Part shown: one piece after another, positions 25,801 to 37,909 of the stretch
Layout: each line of letters starts with the position of its first letter
Numbering within the stretch: position 1 is the stretch's first letter
Source: Octopus vulgaris
Lineage: Eukaryota
Length of the DNA: 64,000 bases
Assembly: GCA_951406725.2 (NCBI GenBank)
Contig: OX597821.1
Coordinates: forward strand, 98,456,001 to 98,520,000
Reading direction: 5' to 3'
Position numbers and translations under genes: made by a program
The notes under the pieces: model-generated
The model's input: only the letters and a program-made list of their open reading frames with translations
Told to the model about the DNA's origin: nothing
Database searches by the model: none

Positions 25801-26129
25801 ACCACTGAATGGGAGGAGTTCACTCACTTGCTCACAATGTATTGAACACAGGCTTCATGTCGTTAACCAGCTGTGGAAGGTGTCCTCCTGGGGTTAAAAG
25901 AGTAGTAACCTTGTTCTGTATGGAACAGCTATGTTGAAGTGGCAACAAACATTGTTTTATTATACTTTCACACTTATTCTGTGTTTTATTTCATCAAATT
26001 TTTAATCCATCTTTACTCCTCCCCACATCATCATATAATTTTGTTTGTCCAGCTCTGCATGTTTTGTAAACACAATTTTCTTTAATGCTAATTCAATCAT
26101 CTCTTTAGGTTTGGTGAAAAACAAATGTG

Positions 26130-26335
26130 ACCTCAAGAATCTCAAGAGTCTCTCTCGGGATTCTTGCACAATACAGGATGGCACCTTTTTTGCAGGTTGA
26201 CAATGTGAGTCTCAATTCCAATATCCTTCAGCCTCTTCTGTAGCAATTTAGATGTTGTACCAAGTTGTACCATTTACCATTTACCACAGGAATAATTGTT
26301 GTCTTTGTCTTTCACAATCTCTTCAACTCTCTGAC
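26130..26335 (-). mobile_element. R4/Dong-like RLE C-terminal relic
   Basis: TTIIPVV..LGTTSKLLQKRL..LQK..ILYCARI.RETL. Confidence 0.55.
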
Positions 26336-26820
26336 TAAATACATTTCTTCAGGGTCAATAAAATAAGTACCAGTGGAACACTGGGGTAAATGCAGTTGAC
26401 TAGCCCCTCAGCCACGAATTTTTCAGGCTTTGTGCCCATAGTAGGCAAAATTATTACCACCACCACCACCACCACCATTACCATCAACATTGAGACAAAA
26501 TCAAAGACTGGAAATTGAAGATTTAATTATACTGACATTCCTGGCAAATACACTTATTTAATTCTGTTCAAACATTTTTGTAATTGCAGTTAGTATTCAC
26601 AAGGTTAAAACAGAATTTCTTTTGCCTTCAAATGAACATGAAGACACTGCAAGTGAAAGGTGTCAACTGTCATACATATCTTTATTTAAATGTCACTGAG
26701 CTGCAGTGAATCATAAATCAACCTATTAAGATTCCTTTTAAAGACCAAAATATCTGATGAGAACGTTGTTTACAATTGAATTTCATCAAAAATAAAATCT
26801 CCATTTTGCTAACCTCTGCA

Positions 26821-27020
<200 letters not shown>

Positions 27021-27339
27021 CTTTTGTCCTCCTGAATTTGTATCATGAAATGCTCTGCTTTTTGTTGACATACTTTCAGAAACCAGTAATGTCACAGAAA
27101 ATTACACACAGTGCCAACTAACAAGACCAGTTGCTGAAATCACCATCCTAGATAATAAATTATATTTACAAACCAGCAAAGGACCTTTTAAATATTGCAT
27201 ACCATCAAATGTTTTAGTATACCAATCAAAGCTATTTCAACAAACAGCTTTAAAACAGGTGCTTTCGGGGATCTACTACATAGTTGTTTTTTATCTGGTC
27301 AATGCAGCAACCAAATCTCTCCAGCATTTTTGCTATTTT

Positions 27340-27730
27340 AGGCACAAGCATGGTTGTGTGGTAAAAGGTTTGCTTCCCAACAACATGGTTCTGGGTTCAG
27401 TCCCACTGCATGGCACCTTGGGCAAGTGTCTTCTACTATACCCTCAGGCTGATCAAAATATTGTGAGTGGATTTAGTAGACAGAAACTGAAAGAAGCCCA
27501 TCATGTGTGTGTGTGTGTGTGTGTGTAATTGTGTCTCTGTTTGTCTCCCACCACCACTTGACAACCAGTGTTGGTATGTTTATGTCCCCATAACTTAGCA
27601 ATAGAATAAGTACCAGGCTTAAAAAGAAAATAAATAAGTATGTCCCGGGCTTGTTTCATTTGACTAAAAATTCAAGGCGGTGCCCCAGCATGGCCACATT
27701 CTAATAACTGAAACGAGTAAAAAAGAGATA
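27340..27730 (+). mobile_element. SINE-A (older copy)
   Basis: Head, CORE-like segment and tail all recognisable. Confidence 0.85.
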
Positions 27731-27885
27731 GTCAGGAGGAAAAAAACAGTGCCCATAACCCTTTCCTGGGCCTCAGAAACTAGCATGAGGGGGGGGGGGG
27801 AGGCAGAGCAGTATGTACAAACTGGAAATCTTGTCTAAATGCTTGCAACAGAACTGACTTCAATAAAGACATCTGTGGTTCCAGG

Positions 27886-27916
<31 letters not shown>

Positions 27917-28750
27917 TCAGGTGATGGATTGAGTTTACTACCAAGATAAGACATTGCAGGATTTGAACAGAGAGAGAGAGAGAGAGAGAGAACATATACA
28001 ACAATGTATCCAGTTCAATGGGTTTTTTTAAATCTGATAGTCTGCTACCCTAAATTGATACATTTTTATTAGCCACAAAAGGATAAAAGGTAAAGTTGAG
28101 TGCCAAATGTCAAAACAAATCTGATGCTCTAACAACTCTCAATATGCCCTCAGAAATATAATCGACTATTTTTAAAACTGGAGACACATAAACCAATAAG
28201 AGAGCTTAGACTAAAACCATAACATTAATCTCACTCCAATTTGAATGTACATAAAAATGTTACAGGCACCACCTTTTTTTCCTCAGATGAACTCATAAAA
28301 TATATAACATTTTTATCTGTTCAATGCAGCAGACAAATTTCCCTCAAAAAAAAAATCTCAGCTGTCAGTGGGCTGATATATGTTTACTTGGCTTGCATAA
28401 TACAACAGTCAAATTGCTTTCAACAACTTCCCACCTTTACAAAAGAAACTCCACAAACAAGATAAGGAACTTCTTTACTTATGTAGCAGCTAAATCTCTT
28501 ACAACGATTTACTAATCATACTTAGATGTAGGCATGACTGTGTGGGTCTACTTCCCAATCACATGGTTTCAGGTTCTGTCCCACAGCATGGCATCTGGGA
28601 CAAATGTCTTCTACTTAACTCTGCAAAAAGTTTTGTAGGTGAATTTGGTTGATGGAAACTGAAAGAAGCCCATCACACACACACACACGCACGCACGCAC
28701 ACACATACAATCATTTCCATTTGTATTTCCTCATCTTGGAATCACATAAT

Positions 28751-29162
28751 ACTCTTTACTCTTACTCTTTTGCTCTTTTACTTGTTTCAGTCATTTGACT
28801 GCGGCCATGCTGGAGCACCGCCTTTAGTCAAGCAACTCGACCCCGGGACTTATTCTTTGTAAGCCTAGTACTTATTCTATCGGTCTCTTTTGCCGAACCG
28901 CTAAGTGACGGAGACATGAACACACCAGCATCGGTTGTCAAGCGATGTTGGGAGGACAAACACAGACACACAAACACACATATATATATACATATACATG
29001 ACAGGCTTCTTTCAGTTTCCGTCTACCAAATCCTCTCACAAGGCTTTGGTCGGCCCAAGGCTATAGTAGAAGACACTTGCCCAAGGTGCCACACAGTGGG
29101 AATGAACCCGGAACCATGTGGTTGGTAAGCAAGCTACTTATCACACAGCCACTCCTGCGCCT
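28751..29162 (-). mobile_element. SINE-A full length, inserted in an older SINE-A-headed copy (28525-28750, +)
   Basis: Matches 41-426. Confidence 0.9.
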
Positions 29163-29189
29163 GTAATAGCTGTAAATGAACCATTTTTT

Positions 29190-29650
29190 TAGATATTATC
29201 TTCCCATGAGGCATGATGCAGTGGCCAGAATAGTCTCAAACAAGATAACAAAAAGAAAACACCTACTGACAAAGTTGAATATATTGAGACTGATAGTTCA
29301 AAATAATATTGGTGGAACTTAGTTATAACACAACTGACCAGATTTCTGAGTGTGAAACCAGAAGGAAATTATATGTTCTGTTGTGGAAATCAGCTGCCTA
29401 CGAGACACCAGTATGGTTAGAAAAATATGTGAGAAAGGGAACATCTACGGACCATTCATAAGGAGTTTGGAAATCCACTACTCCGGACACACTTTCAGCC
29501 TCATAACTAGTATTATTGGAGCAACAGGATCCATGCAAAACCAATTTGGATCAAAGTATGGCTGAAATTGGGCTCTAGGGGAGAGAGCACAAGTCCTTAA
29601 TTCATGATATCTGGGACTATAATAACCAACAAAATCTTCTTAAGATTTAA
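29190..29650 (+). mobile_element. RLE-type LINE relic (R4-like endonuclease region)
   Basis: YYLPMRHDAVAR..YWWN..VVEISC..IIGATG. Confidence 0.65.
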
Positions 29651-29790
29651 ACGATGATGATTAAAATAAGATGCTTTTCTTCACAACCTTGCTACCAAGT
29701 AGGTGGCCAGTCAAATTATATTTTAAATTAAAAAGAGAAAGAGAACATATATACATATGTACATACATACATACATACATACATACATAC

Positions 29791-30335
29791 AATAAAATGT
29801 AAACATAATAGACCTGACATAGTAATTTGAGATAGAGAAAAGAAACTGTGTACAGTTCAATGAAAAAGAAAATACCTACGCTGAACTCTTCAGGAATCTA
29901 CAGCTACTCTAACCAAATTACAAGTTCAGGTTTATACCTGTAATTATTGGGTCACTGGGAAATGTAACACACTGCCTAAATACCAATCTTGAGAAATTAG
30001 GCTTCTCAAAACCAGAAAGGAGAAAGTTGATTCAAAGACTAGAGATCCAAGCCATCACTGGAACTGTAAAAATCTGTAAAACTTTCCAGAATCTTATTAT
30101 TGATGTATACATGATCATGTCTAGATATGCAACTATATGCATGTGAATACACACATAAAACAAAATATAAAATCTGCACATATGCATACATACAAAAATA
30201 CTCTGTTGATGCTAAAGTTTCACTGAAGGAGTAATGAATCTAGGTTAGAAACCAGCTCTTTTTCTATTGGCAAGAAATCTTGAAAAAAAAATGAATAGTG
30301 ACATGCATCTATGCATGCATGCATACATACATACA
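29791..30335 (+). mobile_element. RLE-type LINE 3' end in an (ACAT)n array
   Basis: HNRPDIVI..FIPVIIGSLG..ITGTVKICKTF then 3' UTR; the same 3' UTR recurs at 30815-30950. Confidence 0.8.
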
Positions 30336-30812
30336 TGGTGGCTGCCCCCTTGTTATCGAGTATGGCCTTTGCACGAAGCTTAATCAATGTTGTTATCATG
30401 CAATGCCTGTGCAAAAAGATTTTTTTTTTTTAAGTGAGGAAAGGCTGTGCACTGAGTCAATCCCACTCACTAAGCAACAGCAGCCATAATCCGAAAAGAA
30501 GAACAAGTCAACATCATCGGTAACCACTGAGCTGCAGGTTTTATGTCAGAGTTATCCCAGTTACCTGAGTTACCTTCTCCTAGAAGGATGCCCTAACAGA
30601 GGCTAGGAGTCCTTCACCGTGCGATCAGATATTCAGTCCAATTATTTCTATGTCCCCGCACATGATATAGCCTTAAGACATTTATTTGATATGGCCATTG
30701 ACTCTCAAGAGTTCCTCCGCCCTTTGACGGGTTTTGTTTTTCATCCCGCAGGTTGTCCAATAAACACCCTCCTCACCAAGCAAGCTTGGTGGGGTTACCG
30801 GTTTAGTCGCTG
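30335..30812 (-). mobile_element. Non-coding LINE-derived element (LINE 5' UTR-like head, RTE-like tail)
   Basis: 30690-30812 resembles 44575-44735, which lies upstream of an R4-like ORF; no ORF. Confidence 0.45.
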
Positions 30813-31071
30813 ACATACATACATACATGCATACAAAAATAACCTGTTGTTGATGTTGAAATTCCAGTGAAGGAGCCTTGGATCTAGGTTAGAAAACAGT
30901 TCATTCTCTATGGGCAAGAAATCTTGAAATAAACTGAATAATGACATACATAGTCAAGTCATATATTCCTGGTTAAGGTATATAACAGGTTAAATAGTTA
31001 CCATTGGTTTCACATCAGCTATTGCACTTCGCAATATAGATGACTCATTTTTGTCAGTGGAATTTGAAGTA

Positions 31072-32243
31072 TTGGGTTGACTGGAAAGTTCATGCCAATT
31101 TTTAAAGGAAAGAAAAAGGTCAATAAATATTTGCCATTACATTTTTAATCAACCAAATATGAACCATTTTGTTGCACAATGCGTCTCCATCTTTCCTTTA
31201 ACTTAAAAATACCCTCTTCCCAGAATTGAGGGAGTTTCATGGCAAAGAAGTCAAGGTATCTTTTTACGTCATCCAAGGAATTGAAATTTTTACCATTAAG
31301 ACAATTCTGCAGAAACCTGAATAAAAGTGGAAATCCGAAGGAGCAATATCTCTTGAATTGCTGCTTTTAACTCATCCTGTTTTGTGCAGTATTTCTCAGA
31401 ATTAATTGTCTGATGATTTGGGAGAAGCTCATAGTACAAAATTCCTTTCCAATCCTACCAGACACAAAGCAAGACTTTTTTAGGGTGAAGACCTGCTTTT
31501 GGGGTGGCTAAGGGTGGCTCATATCACTTACTCCAGGATCGCTTTCTCTGAACATTTCGGTAGATAATCCATTTCTCATCACCTGTCACAATTTGCTTTA
31601 AAAAAAGGCGTGTTTTCATTCCATTTATAAAGTGAATCACAGATGAAAATGCGATCCAAAAGGTTCTTCTCACTCAGCTCATGTGGTACACAAATCACTA
31701 CGATGTTTGGGTACCCAAACATCGTAGTGATTTGTGTACCCAAGCTTTACCAGGTGCTCATGAATGATGGATTTTGATAGGTTGAGGCTTTCTGCCAATT
31801 CTCAGGTAGTGCAATGTGGGTTATTCTCAATTAAGGACTTGATTTGGTCATCATATGTAGTGGATGGTCTGCCTGATTGCTCTTTATCAATAAGGCTACA
31901 ATCTCCAGCTTGGAACCTTGCGAACCACTTCCGTACAGTTCAATCAGATAAAGAAACATCATCATAAACTGCATATATTTCTTTGGCTGCTTGTGAGGCA
32001 TTTTTCCCTTTATGGAAAAAGAAAAGCATCGAGTGCCGAAAATGAACTTTCTTATCTTCCATTTTAAAGGGTTACAGAATTAACACAGGTTATACGGACA
32101 AAAACCTTCTTCCACGAAAAGATAGCTTAAACTGTGCTCTAAATGGAGGTGTAGTCAAATCTTATTTTATGGACTCAATCATGTTCAAGATCAATCGAAA
32201 GGTAAACTGCTATAAATCGGCATGAACTTTCTGGACAACCCAA
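31072..32243 (-). mobile_element. mariner transposon, defective
   Basis: ~30-bp TIRs TTGGGTTG(A/T)C(T/C)(G/A)GAAAGTTCATGCC; TA on the left; transposase remnant 32062 to 31145 (MEDKKVHFRH..WVPHEL..TGDEKW..DIAPSDFH) with stops and deletion of the HDNA region. Confidence 0.92.
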
Positions 32244-32849
32244 CAGAATAACAAGTTAAAGAACTGCAGTGATGAAAAGGCTGGAGACTGCCTCCAAGAC
32301 TCAAACTCACATCTTCTGTAAACATGGCAGACGTTCTACCACTGTACCAAAGCAATCCTTTGAAGTTCTCTATCCATTTCTCGATCTCACTCTTACTAGT
32401 AAGAATTGTATATTGTTTATGTCATAAGAATTTAGAAAGTCTGAGAGGCATAAAATAAACCGTTTTTAAATGTGGAACTTGGAGTAGATAAGAGTATAAA
32501 AAACAGCATGTTTTTATTGGGATAAAGAACTCCTTGAATAGAAAAAGTTGAAGGCTGACAAGCTTTCATGTCTGCACATGTGGGTTCAAGTCCCATGTTA
32601 AGACTTTGACTTTTTCCATCCAAAGGGTTCTTTAACCAAATATTTATATACTAGTATTTTTAGATTTACCCACAGTTAAAAATAATTTATTAACCCAAAG
32701 TTTCTAAATTCATGTGATGTAAACATCAAAGCTTTTAAAATGGGAGGATAAATTCAAAGAATTGCTTTGGTATAATGGTAGAAAAGTAGTCATGTTTACA
32801 GAATAATAATAACAATAATAATAATAATAATAATGATAATAATAATAAT

Positions 32850-33031
32850 ACCAACAACATTGAAAAATACCTTAGGAATGAGAACCTAGGTTCGAAATTT
32901 CCCCAAGACACTTGATGAAGGCTGGAGGGTATATCAGCCGAAACATTGTGTTAACAACAAACAAGATGAGGACAAATATCCGTCAAAATGTAAATAATGT
33001 ACATAATTCCTCATCTCTTAAATATAGAACT
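32850..33031 (+). mobile_element. Second copy of the HHR-bearing element (HHR at 32907-32952)
   Basis: GACAC-TTGATGA-A-GGCTG gagggtatat CAGCC-GAAAC ATT-GTGTT; homologous to 17654-17850. Confidence 0.75.
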
Positions 33032-33160
33032 GAAAAAGAGATCAAGCTTGAAAGAAAAAATAAGTACTGGGATCTATTCATTCAACTAAAATTCTTCGAG
33101 GCAGTGCCCCAGCGTGGCTGCAGTCTAATGACTGAATCAAGTAAAAAATAAAAGATACAA

Positions 33161-33347
33161 GGTGCAGGAGTGGCTGTGTGGTAAGTAGCTTGTGTACCAA
33201 CCACATGGTTCCGGGTTCAGTCCCACTGCGTGGCACCTTGGGCAAGTGTCTTCTACTATAGCCTCGGGCCGACCAAAGCCTTGTGAGTGGATTTGGTAGA
33301 CGGAAACTGAAAGAAGCCCATCGTATATATATATATATATATATTAT

Positions 33348-33393
<46 letters not shown>

Positions 33394-33604
33394 CGTGTGT
33401 GTGTGTTTGTTCCCCTAGCATTGCTTGACAACCGATGCTGGTGTGCTTATATCCCCGTTACTTAGCGGTTTGGCAAAAGAGACCGATAGAATAAGTACTG
33501 GGCTTACAAAAGAATAAGTCCCGGGGTTGAGTTGCTCGATTAAAGGCGGTGCTCCAGCATGGCCGCAGTCAAATGACTGAAACAAGTAAAAGAGTAAAAG
33601 AGTA
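33161..33604 (+). mobile_element. SINE-A full length
   Basis: GGTGCAGGAGTGGCTGTGTGG .. GAAACAAGTAAAAGAGTAAAAGAG. Confidence 0.93.
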
Positions 33605-34389
33605 TGCAAACACAATGAATGGGAGGATAATTAGCAAATAATAGTGAATGAATGGTTTTCATGTAGTATCCTCCTTGTCAAGTCTGTTAGAACCTATCCT
33701 TCTCCAGGCTATGAGTACACACTCTAATTATATTCATTAGACCAACGGAGTTAATTCTACTAATTTCTCAGCTCTCCCTTCTGTTTTTTCCTCTCCAGCT
33801 CTCTTTCTTCCTCTGAGATATTGTCTGCCCTATTTATAAGCTCTAAAAGAGAAAAGATATCTTTCTGCATGCATTTATGTTGATTTTTCACATTGTGGCT
33901 TATTTTTGTAATACTCATTTTGAGAGTGACTCAGTAGATCCTCAAACAAAGCATCTTGTGGTGTATGTTTACATCCCTTTCAGTTCTGAATTCATCTCTC
34001 ACCAAAATTAACATTGCCTTTAATACTTCTGAGGTTGATGAAAAATGAATAGTTTGTTGTTTAGTAGCCCAAGGTCAGTTCTGATTAATCAAAATTATAG
34101 TCAAATGTATTCAAGGAGTGATCTTTCCACATATTTTTCTATCATAGAATATGGAAGACTGCATTATCCAATGTATCTTCACCTTTTAAAAATGGAAGGG
34201 CATGATTTGAGTGTGATTTGACTGCCATTTCCAGCAGATCAGATGATCACATATGAAGATGCTCCATTGTTGGCTGAAGTGGCTCCCTTATTGGCTAATG
34301 TAAGCACCAGTAATTCCCATAGAGACTCCTACACAATAATAATAATAATAATTCTTTCTACTAAAGGCACAAAGCGTGAAATTTTGTTG

Positions 34390-34800
34390 AGCATGCTTGA
34401 CCAGTTGAGCATGTCCCTTGGTGGCTGACGATATGTGCATCTCTAATCACTAGCAGAAGTAGTGGGAAGCATCATAGCCATCTGCTGAAAGGAATTCTTT
34501 GGGGTTTGGGTAATTCACCTCTGGAAACATGGGTGTTTCATTCAGCATTTTTAAAGAACCCTTATTCAAGGACCTTTTCAGTGGGATGGGCTACTCGACC
34601 TGAAGAAGTTTTCTAACTGGGCCCCACCTGCAAGGTCATGTGCTGTTTATCTTGATATGAGATCCCCACGTCGCGCCCGTGTGGTTGTGACACATGTGCC
34701 TGGTCTACCCTTATCAGAAGGGTAGTCTTGATGGGTATACTGGGCTTTGTATATTTTACCCCAGTGTCACTTTGATGGCATGCACTGCTCTCTCACTCAA
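34390..34800 (+). mobile_element. Repeat family C: non-coding retroelement 3' region ending in (AAT)n
   Basis: Further copies at 38555-38800 (-) and 49600-50135 (-); common end GCACTGCTCTCTCACTCAA followed by (TAA)n. Confidence 0.75.
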
Positions 34801-34827
34801 GAATGATAATAATAATAATAATAATAA

Positions 34828-35040
34828 TCCTTTCTACTAAAAGCACAAGGCTTGGAATTTGGTGGGAGGAAGTAGTTGATCACATCAACCTCAGTGTTTC
34901 ACTTGTACTTCATTTATCAACCCCGAAAGGATGAAATGCAAAGTCAACCTCAGCAGAATTTGAAAGCAGAATGAAGACAGACAAAATACTGCTGAACATT
35001 TCACCCAGTATGCTAATGATTCTGCCAGCTCACCACCTTA
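34828..35040 (-). mobile_element. SINE-B (tail 2)
   Basis: Same head and core as 18506; tail CCTTGTGCTTTTAGTAGAAAGG(ATT)n. Confidence 0.85.
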
Positions 35041-35295
35041 ATAATGATGATGATGATGATGATAATAATAATAATAATAATAATAATGATAATAATAATA
35101 ATTGTTTCTGATTTCTGATTTTCCAATAATAATAATTATGATGATTATTGTATACAGTGCTGAGGTGCACAACTTGTCAGAAAAAATGTAAAAGATGGGA
35201 CAGAAAGTAGAAATAAGTTAAGTAAAGAAAAATAGCTCTGATTACCAAAAAGTATATGTATAGTACATAGGATAAGAGAAAAATAAGATTGAAAT

Positions 35296-36302
35296 CATCA
35301 TCATCGTCGTCGTTTAACGTCTGCTTTCCATGCTGGCATGGGTTGAATGGTTTGACTGAGAACTAGTGAGCCAGAAGGCTGCACCAGGCCCAATCTGATC
35401 TGGCAAAATTTCTACAGCTGGATGCCCTTCCTAATGCCAACCACTCCAAGAGCATAGTGGGTGCTTTTACATGCCACCAGCATGAGGGCCAGTTAGGTGG
35501 TTCTGGCAATGACCACACTCAAAAGGTTTTTTTTTACATGCTACCTGTACGGGAGCCAGTTCAACAGCACTGGCAACACCCACGCTTGAATGTTGCTTTT
35601 CATGTGCCAACGGCACATGTGCTGGTAAGGCAACGCTGGCAACAGTCATGCTCAAATGGTGCTTTTTACGTGCCACTGGCATGGGAGCCAATCTGTGGCT
35701 CTGGCAATGATCACACTTGGATGTACTTTTAACGTTCCACTGGTATGAGTGCCAATCAGGCGGTACTGTCATCGGCCATGTCAGCGATTTTGATTTTGAT
35801 TTCACTTGCCTCAATAGGTCTTTGCAAGCAAAGTTTATTGTCCAATGAATGAGGGGCACTCATAAGTGGGCTGGTTACTCCCACTAGCATAGGTCACGAG
35901 CTATGGTCTCAATTGGCTGGTTGGGTCTTCTCAAGCACAGCATATCTACCAAAGGTCTCAGTCACTAGTCGTTGCCTTGGTAAGGCCCAATGTTCAAAGG
36001 TCATGCTTTACCACCTCATCCCAGATCTTCCTGAGTCTATCTCTTCCACAGGTTCCCTCAACTGCTAAGGTGTGACACTTTTTCACACATCGTCCTCATT
36101 CATTCGTAACACATGACCATCTAAGCACAGTCGTCTCTCTTGTGCATCACATCTGATGCTTCTTAAATCCAACTTTCCTTTCCGGGCACTTGCATTCTGT
36201 CGTGTATGCACACTGACATTACACATCCAGAGGAGCATACTGGCTTCATTCCTTGCAAGTTTACGCATGCCCTTAGCAGTTACTGCCCATGTTTCACTGC
36301 CC
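35296..36302 (-). mobile_element. RTE LINE 3' portion
   Basis: GSETWAVTAKGMRKLARNEASML.. matches ORF 5497; 3' UTR with hairpin repeats and (GAT)n tail. Confidence 0.9.
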
Positions 36303-36395
36303 ATGGGTGTTCATACACATGTGAACTGTAAAAGGGCCATAAAGAGGAAAGGGCACATAGACTTGTATAAGTACCAGTTATTTACTGGGGTAATT

Positions 36396-36815
36396 TTAAC
36401 CCTTTTGATACCAACTTATCCAAAACTTTCCTTGGTTCTATAATACAAACTTCTTTTAACCTTTTAGCATTCAGATTACTTTATTCACATTTTTAAAAAT
36501 TAATCATTTACTAACTTGCTGCTTAGAGATTTCAATGATATGATTGTTTATTTTCAGAATGACATTGCAGGGTAGATATGAGATACTGGATATGGCTTGC
36601 TTGAACATAAAACCAGTAAACTATTAAGGCCATATATGGCCAGTTTCATTGCTAAAGGCTAAAGTAACCATAAATTAAAACCCTCCCTCAAAATCTCATG
36701 TCAAATTATGTTCCTAACACCGGCTTAACAACACAAAGTTATTTTAATAAATTCATCATTATTTGTAAAGAAAAAGCAGTGTGTTTCAATAGAAATATGA
36801 TAGCAAAAAGAATAA
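36396..36815. mobile_element. Nested piggyBac-like MITEs
   Basis: Outer element starts TTAACCCTTTTGATACC; inner element TTAACCTTTTAGCAT..TGCTAAAGGCTAA (36456-36662) resembles 3391-3570. Confidence 0.6.
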
Positions 36816-37397
36816 TCAATTATATACCCTCCTCCACTAAATTTGTGAATTTGTGTCTGTGTTAGGCTTAATTATTATTGGCAAAGATAACTCTTATAAA
36901 CAATACAATAAAACCTAAGTGTTGTTTGAAACGAAGACAGAAAATGTGGAATGATGATAGCAAAATGGTCCGAGAGATATGTATAAAAGACAAAAATTTT
37001 GATTTGATTTTGTAATTCAATTCTAGTTAAATTTTATTTTATTTTAATTAAATTCAAATTCAGTTTAATTTATTCTTTTTCAATTATTACAAATACAATG
37101 TTATTTTACACTTTTACTTGTTTCAGTCATTGGAGTGTGGCCATCTGAAAGCACTGCTTTTAAAACTTTAGTCGATGAATTGACCTCAGTTTTTATTCAA
37201 GTCTGGTACTCATTCTATTGGTCTCTTTTTACCAAACCTTTAAGTTATGTGGATATGAATAAACTAATGTTGATTGTTAAGCAGTGAGAATTAAACACAC
37301 ACACACACACATATACACCCCATATATATATGTATATATATATATATATATATGATGTATACATACACACTCACACACACACACACATATGCACCCC

Positions 37398-37430
<33 letters not shown>

Positions 37431-37432
37431 TA

Positions 37433-37489
<57 letters not shown>

Positions 37490-37504
37490 CTTTCGCAGGA
37501 AGGG

Positions 37505-37580
37505 CTAGTTCGACGAGTCGTGTTCTGTCCTTACCTTCGAAACACACATGGAGTCGAACTAGGGACAGCTGATGAAGGGG
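37505..37580 (+). ncRNA. Candidate non-circularly permuted hammerhead ribozyme
   Basis: GTGTT-CTGTCCTTA / CCTTC-GAAACAC / TAGGGACAG-CTGATGA-AGGGG: all three HHR strands present with mutual complementarity, in non-canonical order. Confidence 0.45.
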
Positions 37581-37864
37581 AATTTTCCTTGTATTGTTTG
37601 TCTTGTACTCTGTTTTTTCGTTGTTAAAAAAAGTCCATTTCCATGTTTGTTTTTACGTTTTCGTTTCTCGTTGAGTTCTACGTCCATTTGTGGTGTCCTG
37701 TAGTCACATATATATATTTATATATGCATGTATATATACATGTAGATGTAGGTACGTACATATATGTATGTATGTATGCATATATTTTATTTATTAATTT
37801 ATTGCATGACTGAGCGCCCTCGCGTCGTTTCGTGTCGTTTCGTTTCTTTTCTGTTCTCCAAGTA

Positions 37865-37909
<45 letters not shown>

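Larger units (their letters stand above)
25302..25954. mobile_element. Non-autonomous TIR element (~58-bp TIRs)
   Basis: 25302-25360 (TGTTTGTTGCCACTTCAACATGGCTGTTC..GTTACTACTCTTTT) is inverted at 25896-25954. Confidence 0.75.

Noticed and set aside
26750-26785. Isolated CTGATGA (also at about 2612, 8798 and 18160)
   Set aside because: No matching GAAA with supporting stems; the heptamer is expected by chance.
32283-32620. tRNA-like segments with A/B boxes (also all SINE heads)
   Set aside because: No complete cloverleaf; degenerate SINE heads rather than tRNA genes.
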